Shown here one piece after another: positions 24,400-32,599 of a stretch of DNA of 60,245 bases; positions within the stretch are counted from its first letter, which is position 1; each line of letters opens with the position of its first letter. The stretch is from Candidatus Spechtbacterales bacterium (GTDB lineage: Bacteria > Patescibacteriota > Minisyncoccia > Spechtbacterales > 2-12-FULL-38-22). The notes under the pieces were generated by a model. The model did no database searches and was not told the origin of the DNA. It saw only the letters and a list, made by a program, of their open reading frames with translations. The stretch is from the NCBI GenBank assembly GCA_040879145.1, contig JBBDKX010000038.1:1-60245 (forward strand). The letters run 5' to 3'. The position numbers were made by a program, and so were the translations under genes.

Positions 24400-26229
24400 A
24401 TGCCTGAAAACCCACTAAGTGACCAACAACCGAATAACCAACCTCAAAAGGGTCCTCAACCCTTCCAGCAGGCGTACCAGGTGGTGCAGCAGTCTGAACA
24501 AGTGGACAAGCGCAAGCGACTTCTTGATATAATAGCTCCGCCCGCACTTGAGGTTACAGCAAACAATGTAAAGTTGGGGAATACATTCGTCCGTACTCTT
24601 TTTGCTTTCTCTTACCCCAGATATCTGGCAGAAAACTGGTTAAGTCCTATTATAAACATAGATAGAACAGTAGATGTTTCTATATTTATAGAGCCGGCTG
24701 ATACAGCTACCATTATGAAACAGCTTCAAAACCAGTTAACCAGTGTTGAGGCGGAAATGATGGAAAGAGAAGAAAAAGGCCTTGTGCGCGACCCGCTGCT
24801 TGAAGCGGCTTATGAGAACATTGAAGATTTGCGGGACAAAATGCAGACATCCGAAGAAAAAATGTTCAAGTTTGGGCTCTATATTATAATCTACGCAAAA
24901 AGCGAGAAGGAGGTAAACGAGATAGAAAATGAGCTTCGCTCTATTTTAGAAAGCCGTCTTGTATATGTAAAACCGGCCGTGTATCAGCAAAGAGAGGGTT
25001 TTAACTCCGGCCTACCGCTGGGGCTTAATTATCTTAACCTGACAAACAGCATGAACACTTCGCCCCTATCTTCCACCTTTCCTTTTGTTTCGTTTGACCT
25101 AACAATGGATGAGGGAATTCTTTATGGAATAAACCGGCACAATTCAAGTCTTATTCTGTTTGACAGGTTCTCTCTTGAGAACGCCAACACTGTAATACTC
25201 GGAAAATCAGGCGGAGGTAAGAGTTACACCGTAAAACTGGAGGTGCTCCGCTCTATGATGTTTGGAGTGGACGTTATAGTAATAGACCCCGAAAACGAGT
25301 ACCAATACTTGGCAGAAACCACGGGCGGAAGTTTTTTCCGTGTATCTTTAACCAGCGGAGACGAGATAAACCCCTTTGATCTGCGGGAGCCCCAGGAGGA
25401 TGAAAAACCTGAAGAGCTTTTTCGCGCAAACATAATAACCCTTATCGGGCTTTTAAAGATAATGTTGGGAGACATGACGCCGGAAGAAGAGAGTGTTTTA
25501 AACGAGGCTATAATCCAAACATATGACTCGCGTGATATATCTCCGGAAACACCCAGATATTGGGAAAAAACACCACCGTTAATGCAGGACCTGCAAACCG
25601 TACTGCAAAATATGGAGGGAGGCGCAAGTTTAGCGCAACGCCTTCTTAAATACACGGATGGCGTATACTCAGGATTTTTAAATAAGCAAACAAATGTAAG
25701 CCTTGAAGGACAGCTTGTTGTGTTTAATATTCGGGATATGGAAGATGAACTTCGTCCCGTAGCTATGTACCTTATAATTAACTATGTATGGAATGCTATA
25801 AGGCGCACACTAAAGAAAAGAATGCTCGTAATTGACGAGGCGTGGTGGATGCTTCAACATCATGAAAGCGCGGCATTTCTTTTTGGTATCGCCAAAAGAG
25901 CAAGAAAATACTACCTCGGGGTTACAACAATAACCCAGGACATAGAAGACTTTTCTACGAGCGACTATGGAAGAGCGATTATCACAAACTCATCCCTGCA
26001 GATATTAATGAAACAGTCTCCGGCAACAATAGACCAACTCCAAAGAATATTTAACCTTACAGATGAAGAAAAATATCTTCTATTAGAAGATAATGTAGGG
26101 GAAGGACTTTTCTTTGCGGGAACAAAACATGTCGCAATAAAAGTTATAGCCTCTTACATAGAAGACCAGATAATAACTTCGGATCCCGAACAACTCTTAC
26201 AAATAGAAGAGTCTAAGGATCGGTTATAA
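24400..26229 (+). CDS. virB4: VirB4-type T4SS ATPase (central and C-terminal part)
   Basis: 609 aa. It has IAPPALEV...RTLFAFSYPRYL, Walker A ILGKSGGGKSYT, Walker B RMLVIDEAWWML and the downstream motif GVTTITQDIEDF. Confidence 0.85.
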   Translation: MPENPLSDQQPNNQPQKGPQPFQQAYQVVQQSEQVDKRKRLLDIIAPPALEVTANNVKLGNTFVRTLFAFSYPRYLAENWLSPIINIDRTVDVSIFIEPADTATIMKQLQNQLTSVEAEMMEREEKGLVRDPLLEAAYENIEDLRDKMQTSEEKMFKFGLYIIIYAKSEKEVNEIENELRSILESRLVYVKPAVYQQREGFNSGLPLGLNYLNLTNSMNTSPLSSTFPFVSFDLTMDEGILYGINRHNSSLILFDRFSLENANTVILGKSGGGKSYTVKLEVLRSMMFGVDVIVIDPENEYQYLAETTGGSFFRVSLTSGDEINPFDLREPQEDEKPEELFRANIITLIGLLKIMLGDMTPEEESVLNEAIIQTYDSRDISPETPRYWEKTPPLMQDLQTVLQNMEGGASLAQRLLKYTDGVYSGFLNKQTNVSLEGQLVVFNIRDMEDELRPVAMYLIINYVWNAIRRTLKKRMLVIDEAWWMLQHHESAAFLFGIAKRARKYYLGVTTITQDIEDFSTSDYGRAIITNSSLQILMKQSPATIDQLQRIFNLTDEEKYLLLEDNVGEGLFFAGTKHVAIKVIASYIEDQIITSDPEQLLQIEESKDRL

Positions 26230-26230
26230 T

Positions 26231-26635
26231 ATGACTGAGAAAATAAACAAAAGAATAAAAGAGGCGGCAGCAAAAAAAGCTGAGCAGGAGGAAAAAGACC
26301 CTTACGAAAATGTACCAGGCTTGGGCAGTCCTGAGGCATTTTTGTGGCTTATGTGGGCCTTTATACTTGATATGATGGGGGTATTAAGCGCCATATTAAT
26401 ACTTGTGTTTGGTGTGGGTCTCGCAATCTCTATTGCTGTTGATATTTTAGCAATGGGCACAATAGGCGTATATATGTACTTTAAAACAAAACACATGCCT
26501 ACAGGGAAAAGAGTGGCGCGTGCGGCAAAAAGAACGGGTTTGGTGTCCGCAATTGAAGCTGTACCCGTACTTGGTGACATAGCGTTTTCATGGACCATTT
26601 ATCTTTTTATGGAATTTAGCAAAGGAAAAGCATAA
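26231..26635 (+). CDS. Small three-TM membrane protein (T4SS-like locus)
   Basis: 134 aa with a charged N-terminus followed by three hydrophobic helices. It is tightly packed between neighbours, and its stop overlaps the next gene's start (ATAATG). Confidence 0.4.
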   Translation: MTEKINKRIKEAAAKKAEQEEKDPYENVPGLGSPEAFLWLMWAFILDMMGVLSAILILVFGVGLAISIAVDILAMGTIGVYMYFKTKHMPTGKRVARAAKRTGLVSAIEAVPVLGDIAFSWTIYLFMEFSKGKA

Positions 26636-27732
26636 TGAAACTCTACATCAAAAAATCAGTTATAGGGTTCTTGTTTTTACTGATATTTTTACTATTTAGT
26701 GCTCCTTCTTTCGCATTAGCCCTTGAGCTTGACTACCCGACAATTCCAACACCAATAGGGCCTCTAGACTTAGACACCATAACAGACGAGGGGGGGTTTA
26801 CCGTAGCTGGTCTTATTGTGTTTATTTATGGAGCCGCTATTTGGATTGCCGGAATACTTGCTTTTATTTCTCTTGTGTACGTGGGGTTTGTTTACATACT
26901 TTCCGGCTCAGGCATGGTGGGGCGCGGAAAGGCCCTCCGCAGATTAAAAAATGTGCTGTGGGGACTGGTTATATTATTATTCGTTACAGCACTTTTAAAT
27001 GTGGTAAATCCTGAAATTTTAAACTTAGAAGACTCTCTTGTTGTAGCTGTTGCGCCTAACGATAAAACATATCAGGAGGTAGAGTTTGAAGGGTTTAAGT
27101 TTGAAGGATTTTTTGTTGACAATGGTAGTGGAGGCGGTGGCACTGGAGATGGTGAGGAGCCTGTCATATCTTGCCAAGAACAGTGTTTGGCTAAATGTGG
27201 TGGCATGCCGGCTTGCGAAACAGAGTGTTTTAAACTTCCCCCTTGTCCTGAGTTAGCATGTCCAGTTCTGCGGGTTACAAGCTCTTTTACTGCGTACTGT
27301 TACGACAGGGGAAGCGCGCGCCACAACGGGCACGATGTTATGGCCAACGAAGGAACTCCTATATACGCAATGGAGGCGGGAACACTGGACAGGGTGGGGT
27401 GGATAGATTCCGGAGGGTGTCGTTTGTGGATAATTGGCACTCAATCTGGAAGAGCTTATGCACATTTACACATGGGTACTACATTAGATTGTTCTGATGC
27501 ATTCGGTTCTGGAATAAGGGAGGGGGCAACTGTTGTTGCAGGGCAAACACTGGGATATGTGGGCACAACATACAATGGACGTGCAGATGGTACTGTTGCA
27601 CACTTACACTTAACAATTGTTAAGCCCAGCGGAAGTGAAGAATGTAGTCCACCACCCCTCAGTGGAAATTATGGCGGACCAACAATGGACGGAGCTCCTC
27701 TTTTTAAACAAGCTGGGTGTCCGTTTACATAA
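26635..27732 (+). CDS. Pilin-module protein fused to a C-terminal M23 metallopeptidase domain
   Basis: In order: signal peptide, LELDYPTIPTPIGPLDLD, TM hairpin (AIWIAGILAFISLVYVGFVYILSGSGMVGRGKALRRLKNVLWGL), Gly-rich linker, a Cys cluster, then M23 motifs HNGHD, AHLHM and GTVAHLHL. Confidence 0.65.
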   Translation: MKLYIKKSVIGFLFLLIFLLFSAPSFALALELDYPTIPTPIGPLDLDTITDEGGFTVAGLIVFIYGAAIWIAGILAFISLVYVGFVYILSGSGMVGRGKALRRLKNVLWGLVILLFVTALLNVVNPEILNLEDSLVVAVAPNDKTYQEVEFEGFKFEGFFVDNGSGGGGTGDGEEPVISCQEQCLAKCGGMPACETECFKLPPCPELACPVLRVTSSFTAYCYDRGSARHNGHDVMANEGTPIYAMEAGTLDRVGWIDSGGCRLWIIGTQSGRAYAHLHMGTTLDCSDAFGSGIREGATVVAGQTLGYVGTTYNGRADGTVAHLHLTIVKPSGSEECSPPPLSGNYGGPTMDGAPLFKQAGCPFT

Positions 27733-27763
27733 TAGGTTTATAATTTAAGACCCATACTTACTT

Positions 27764-28513
27764 ATGCAGCCAACAAACTCCACAACAAAGAAAAAGATAG
27801 TGTTTTTACTTATAGTATCTTTAGTGCTTGTTATGTTGTTGTTTTTCATACAACTATTAACAAACCAGGGCACAACAGATCCGCGTGACGAAGAAAGAAC
27901 TGTGCCTCCTGGAACAATTGGTAATGAGGAGTATTTAATAGAGAATCCGGAACTACCAAAAACAAGTTGGCAAAGGAAGGTAGAGATACAAAAAGAAGAT
28001 GGTATGCAAACCGTAACAAATTTTTATGACGGATACCGCATTGATGTATCAAGTGATTGGGAAATTGTAGAAGAAGTAAGGGGGGGGCTGGGTGGTTTAA
28101 ATTTACTTTACGGACAGCATGAAGAAGATATAAACGAATACGAAACAGAACAACACATACACGACGGTCTCGTTCTTAGTGTTGTTGTTTTTGAAAATGA
28201 AGAAGGGTTTAACCTAATAGACTGGCTGGCCCGATCAGACAATCATGGAAGTTTTCTGTTTGGAGCCGAACTTAGGGAAGTGCCAAGTGATTTATACAAA
28301 ATTTATAAAACCGAAAGGCCCCTAACAGAAGACCGGTTCATAGATGGCAAGATAGTAGATGCTCAAATAGAAGACACGCTATCCTCTAAGTACATAATAA
28401 AAGATCCTAAAATAGACTCGGTTTATGTTTTAATTTGCACTATATATAACAATGTAAACACACTAGTTCCTCTTTGCGAAGAAGCTATGCAAGGGTTTAA
28501 CATACTAAAATAG
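27764..28513 (+). CDS. Bitopic hypothetical protein (VirB8-like size and topology, unverified)
   Basis: 249 aa with one N-terminal TM and a ~210-aa extracytoplasmic domain. There is no motif-level evidence. Confidence 0.35.
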   Translation: MQPTNSTTKKKIVFLLIVSLVLVMLLFFIQLLTNQGTTDPRDEERTVPPGTIGNEEYLIENPELPKTSWQRKVEIQKEDGMQTVTNFYDGYRIDVSSDWEIVEEVRGGLGGLNLLYGQHEEDINEYETEQHIHDGLVLSVVVFENEEGFNLIDWLARSDNHGSFLFGAELREVPSDLYKIYKTERPLTEDRFIDGKIVDAQIEDTLSSKYIIKDPKIDSVYVLICTIYNNVNTLVPLCEEAMQGFNILK

Positions 28514-28516
28514 GCT

Positions 28517-29500
28517 ATGAATATTTTGAACAAATTTCGTTCAAACACAGTTGGTATACTTTTTTTTGTTATACTTTTTAGCATTATCACGCCTCACGCA
28601 GATGCGTTAACCTTGGAATTAAACTATCCGGAGATTCCAACGCCCACAGGGTCTATAGACTTAAACTGTCTGGAAATAGGGCTTTGCGACCTTAGTATCG
28701 CGCTGTTGCTTGTTGTCTTTTATGGAGCAAGTGTGTGGATAGCAGGTATACTGGCTTTTTTGGCTTTAATTTTTGCAGGAATGTCCTATATTATAAGCGG
28801 GGCCAGCCCCGGCGCGCGCGCACGCGCTAATGAAAGATTTATAAATGTTCTGTGGGGACTTTCCATTTTACTCCTTGCAAATGCTATAATATATACAGTA
28901 AACCCACAACTAATAACCGGGTTTGAAGACCCTTTGTTTCCGACAGCATCTTCAGGGTCTACAGAGTATGAAGAGATATACTTTACAAGCGAAGGGTTGT
29001 TAATAAGAGGGGGCTCAAGCGGTACAGGAGGAACAAGTGGAGGTGGGGGTGGAGGAGGCGGTACACCCTCATCCTGTAGTAGTGCAGAAGTTGTGGAAAA
29101 TGGCACAAATGAAACCTACAACCATGAAGGGTCCTCAACCGCAGAGATACAAAACACAGTATCCCAACAACTACGGGCAGAGCTTTCAGCTGGTGGATTA
29201 TCAACAGCACAAGTAGAAGATTACGCAAACTACTTCTTCACCACAGTTATACCTTGTGAAAGCACCTGGGTTCCTCACGCAGAAAACGAAGGGGGAACAA
29301 ATTGTATGGCAGTCGGGTTGTACCAGTTAGAGGATAACAGGTATGGAAAACAGGCTTGTAGGGCAGAGTATCACAGGTGGCACCACTGGCAATGCGAAAC
29401 ATCACATGCTGTAGATAGGTTTTTTGAAATAAGAAACAACAGACCAGGGTGCTCGGGTTGGGAGTACTGGGAATGCGCAAAAACAAGGTGGACCTGTTAG
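28517..29500 (+). CDS. Pilin-module protein fused to a Cys-rich lytic-transglycosylase-like domain
   Basis: It has LELNYPEIPTPTGSIDLN, the TM hairpin SVWIAGILAFLALIFAGMSYIISGASPGARARANERFINVLWGL, and a poly-Gly linker. The C-terminal CESTWVPHAENEGGTNCMAVGLYQL resembles the ES...GLxQ signature of SLT-type enzymes. Confidence 0.5.
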   Translation: MNILNKFRSNTVGILFFVILFSIITPHADALTLELNYPEIPTPTGSIDLNCLEIGLCDLSIALLLVVFYGASVWIAGILAFLALIFAGMSYIISGASPGARARANERFINVLWGLSILLLANAIIYTVNPQLITGFEDPLFPTASSGSTEYEEIYFTSEGLLIRGGSSGTGGTSGGGGGGGGTPSSCSSAEVVENGTNETYNHEGSSTAEIQNTVSQQLRAELSAGGLSTAQVEDYANYFFTTVIPCESTWVPHAENEGGTNCMAVGLYQLEDNRYGKQACRAEYHRWHHWQCETSHAVDRFFEIRNNRPGCSGWEYWECAKTRWTC

Positions 29501-29521
29501 ACCTTAAAACAATCACACAAC

Positions 29522-30031
29522 ATGCCACAAAAAACCAAAATAATACTGTTCTTACTATTTGTGACAACATCGCTTGCTCTTGTGTTTTGGGGGGCCTACA
29601 AAACAAGGGATATTATTGATAATGAGCCTGCGAGTATAACAAATACAACTGGCTCACCAATACAAATACCTGGGGAGACTGTGCAAAAGTTTAATGAAAA
29701 AGGAAACGAGTCACAAGATGCTAAAATTTTAAAGCAAAATCTTATATCCCCCCTGCAGGGAAATTCGGGAACCATACACCAAACAACTGAATATCGTATA
29801 GACTACATACCTCATCCGGACACATTTATGGTAGAAATACTTGCTGCAGACTTTAAAAATGCCCAGGACTCAGTTTTTGGATGGTTTTTAGCTCAAGGGT
29901 TTTCAAGAAGCGACGTGTGTAGTATGAAAATACTATTCTACTTAAGTGGTGCGGTGAAAAATTACTATCAACAAAATGAGCAAACAATAATTTTTAACCC
30001 CGTTTTTGAGCACTGTGATGCAGATTTTTAA
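29522..30031 (+). CDS. Bitopic hypothetical protein
   Basis: 169 aa with an N-terminal TM (IILFLLFVTTSLALVFWGA). No motif is recognised. Confidence 0.35.
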   Translation: MPQKTKIILFLLFVTTSLALVFWGAYKTRDIIDNEPASITNTTGSPIQIPGETVQKFNEKGNESQDAKILKQNLISPLQGNSGTIHQTTEYRIDYIPHPDTFMVEILAADFKNAQDSVFGWFLAQGFSRSDVCSMKILFYLSGAVKNYYQQNEQTIIFNPVFEHCDADF

Positions 30032-30034
30032 ACC

Positions 30035-31630
30035 ATGAGAATGAGTATTTCTAAAAAAACAACTTTTATACTGCTGCTCTCTCTGTTCTTAACAGGATTC
30101 TTTGTAATTTTAAATACCAGCCCCGCTTCAGCCCAAACTTCCTGTACACGTTGTAGTAATAATTATAGTTTTTCTTACGCAGAATGGACGGCAGTTACTG
30201 CGTGCGACCCCTACGGAGGCGAACCTGTTACCTACACTCAGGATAATTCTTGTACGGGACATAACTGTGGTAATGGGGCTTGTGAAAACGATGGATTCAA
30301 CTTTGAAACCTCAACCAACTGCCCTTCTGACTGTTCTTCATCCACATCAACACCCAGCGACACGTGCCAACGGTGTAGCCTTAACTATCCGGGATGCTGG
30401 TCTACGTGGGACAATATTGATGATAGCGACTGTGTAGCTCCCACAACAACAGATGAAATAAGCTCTGTAGAATACACCCCCACAGGATGCACAACCGGAG
30501 AGCCTATAGACAGAAGGTGTGCGGAAGGGCCTGCATGCGGTCGCTGTAGCCTTAACTATCCGGGATGTTGGGCAGTGTGGATAGATATTGATGAAAATGG
30601 ATGCACGGCTCCGAACTCTTTAAATGAGAATATAACTGTTATATATACTCCAGCGGGGTGTCAGTCCGGAAATGACTTTGACCGACGTTGCAACTTTGAC
30701 AGATTGAATGTAAATTATCCAATTGTACAAACACCGAACGGTCCCTTAGACATAAACAGCCTATACACAGGGGGTAATGTTACAATGGCGACCATTGTCT
30801 TGTTTGCATACGCGGCCTCCATATGGGTCGCGGGAATTCTTGCTTTTGTGGCTCTCATTTACGCTGGCTTTATATTTATACTATCGGGCGGAAATCCAGG
30901 CAAAAGAGTTAAAGCCAAAAAACAATTTACCGATGTTTTGTGGGGACTGTTGGTGGTTCTTTTGGTGCCTGTGATAATGAACTACATAAACCCCACAAGC
31001 GCTCTTTTGCGCGACCCCAATCTTTTGGGTGTAGATGGTAGTGACAAAGAGTTTCAATTGCCCTTATTTAGCCAGGAGGGAGATTTCGACATGGCGGCGT
31101 GCTTAAATGCGGGCAACACAACAGATTATTGTCTTGATACCTGCATAGAAGGGAGTGGGGATGATTCCATCCTAAGCTGTTCAATAGGAGCTGCGAATTG
31201 GATAATGAGCAAATGTGAATCCTCCGGAACAGCTACTAGTACTTGTGTGGATCAGTGTACAAACGAACTAATAAGCACGGGGTGGTATAACGATGCAACA
31301 AGAACAGATGCGGAATCCATTTGCGCAGGCACGGGGTCAAGTGGAGGCACTGGGGAAGGAGGGACATTCAGCACCACAGAAGAAGATAATATGTTTGTCT
31401 CATGCGCTACCATACTAGGAATTACAAACTCAAGCCTTGTGCCTTTCAGTATAAACTCAGAGCGTAACCAAGTTTTATGTGACGCACCAAGCACAGCTTC
31501 GTGGGACAACAATACCTGGTGTAGTTCTTGCTCTGATAACGGTGGAGATATTACTTCCTGTAACAATTATATAGGCAACACGTCGGGCGGTTGCTGTGAC
31601 AGGTTTAATGGATCATGCCCAACAAGTTAA
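30035..31630 (+). CDS. Cys-rich repeat protein with an internal pilin module
   Basis: It has a signal peptide and two clear ~57-aa repeats (C.RCSLNYPGCW...DRRC) preceded by a degenerate copy. These are followed by LNVNYPIVQTPNGPLDIN, the TM hairpin SIWVAGILAFVALIYAGFIFILSGGNPGKRVKAKKQFTDVLWGL, and a Cys-rich C-terminal region. Confidence 0.55.
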   Translation: MRMSISKKTTFILLLSLFLTGFFVILNTSPASAQTSCTRCSNNYSFSYAEWTAVTACDPYGGEPVTYTQDNSCTGHNCGNGACENDGFNFETSTNCPSDCSSSTSTPSDTCQRCSLNYPGCWSTWDNIDDSDCVAPTTTDEISSVEYTPTGCTTGEPIDRRCAEGPACGRCSLNYPGCWAVWIDIDENGCTAPNSLNENITVIYTPAGCQSGNDFDRRCNFDRLNVNYPIVQTPNGPLDINSLYTGGNVTMATIVLFAYAASIWVAGILAFVALIYAGFIFILSGGNPGKRVKAKKQFTDVLWGLLVVLLVPVIMNYINPTSALLRDPNLLGVDGSDKEFQLPLFSQEGDFDMAACLNAGNTTDYCLDTCIEGSGDDSILSCSIGAANWIMSKCESSGTATSTCVDQCTNELISTGWYNDATRTDAESICAGTGSSGGTGEGGTFSTTEEDNMFVSCATILGITNSSLVPFSINSERNQVLCDAPSTASWDNNTWCSSCSDNGGDITSCNNYIGNTSGGCCDRFNGSCPTS

Positions 31631-32598
31631 AGATTAAAAAACTGTTTTTTTTAAACATCCTTATTTTCATTGGGTTATTTTTTGTTTTAAACATATCAAA
31701 CGCCCAAACACTAAATCTTGACTACCCGCCGCTTAGGGTGCCGGGAGGGATTTTTGATTTAAACGACGCTTATGAGTCGGGAAAAGTCGGATTAAGACAA
31801 GTAATAATTCTCTTTTATGTACTTACTCTTTGGTCTTCAGGGATTTTAGCTTTTGTACTACTTATCTACACTGGACTTGTTTACATAATATCCGGAGGTA
31901 AGCCGGCGAAAAGAAAAGAGGCATTTCAAAAGTTTAAAAACGTCTGGATAGGAGTTGCGGTGCTTTTATTCTCCTTTTTCTTTTTAAATATTTTAAATCC
32001 CGGCATAACAAATTTGGACCTTTACGTTTTTCTATCTACCACAGGTGGCGGCACAGACTACAATTTTGATACAGATATTGCTTTTGCTCTGCCTAAAAGC
32101 CAGGCCTTAACGGCAGAGGAGGCCGGGACCTTTACTTGCCAATGGACAGGCGCTGACTGTGTCGCGAATATTAATAACTGCAACGAGGGCTTCAGTCCAG
32201 ACTGCCATTTTGGCACCAACCACGACAGCGCCAGTTATTCTGATTTTTGCACAGAAGCACAAGACAATGGACAAGCGTTCGTTTGCGTAAAAGAAGCCTC
32301 AGATATTTCTTCCTCCGAAGGATCTGGTGAGCCCGAACCACCCCCCGGTGCTGATGGTATAGACTCTACTGAAGAGGGCGTCTTAAGACAAGATTGTACT
32401 AATTATTCTATAGGAGCAAGATATGACACAGAAGATGTAGCTGGAAACAGCTATTTCTACTGCGATACAGGGATTTTAACAGACACGTTTGCGACCAGCT
32501 GGCGCAACAAATGCTTGAATGATTTCTCAGGACATGAAAGCGGTGTTTTAGATTCAAATAATGAGGCCAGGCTGTATTGCGGTTACTTAGTAAACTAA
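31615..32598 (+). CDS. Pilin-module protein with Cys-rich C-terminal domain
   Basis: It has LNLDYPPLRVPGGIFDLN plus LWSSGILAFVLLIYTGLVYIISGGKPAKRKEAFQKFKNVWIG, then a Cys-rich acidic domain. Its start overlaps the upstream gene by 16 nt. Confidence 0.5.
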   Translation: MPNKLKIKKLFFLNILIFIGLFFVLNISNAQTLNLDYPPLRVPGGIFDLNDAYESGKVGLRQVIILFYVLTLWSSGILAFVLLIYTGLVYIISGGKPAKRKEAFQKFKNVWIGVAVLLFSFFFLNILNPGITNLDLYVFLSTTGGGTDYNFDTDIAFALPKSQALTAEEAGTFTCQWTGADCVANINNCNEGFSPDCHFGTNHDSASYSDFCTEAQDNGQAFVCVKEASDISSSEGSGEPEPPPGADGIDSTEEGVLRQDCTNYSIGARYDTEDVAGNSYFYCDTGILTDTFATSWRNKCLNDFSGHESGVLDSNNEARLYCGYLVN

Positions 32599-32599
32599 T

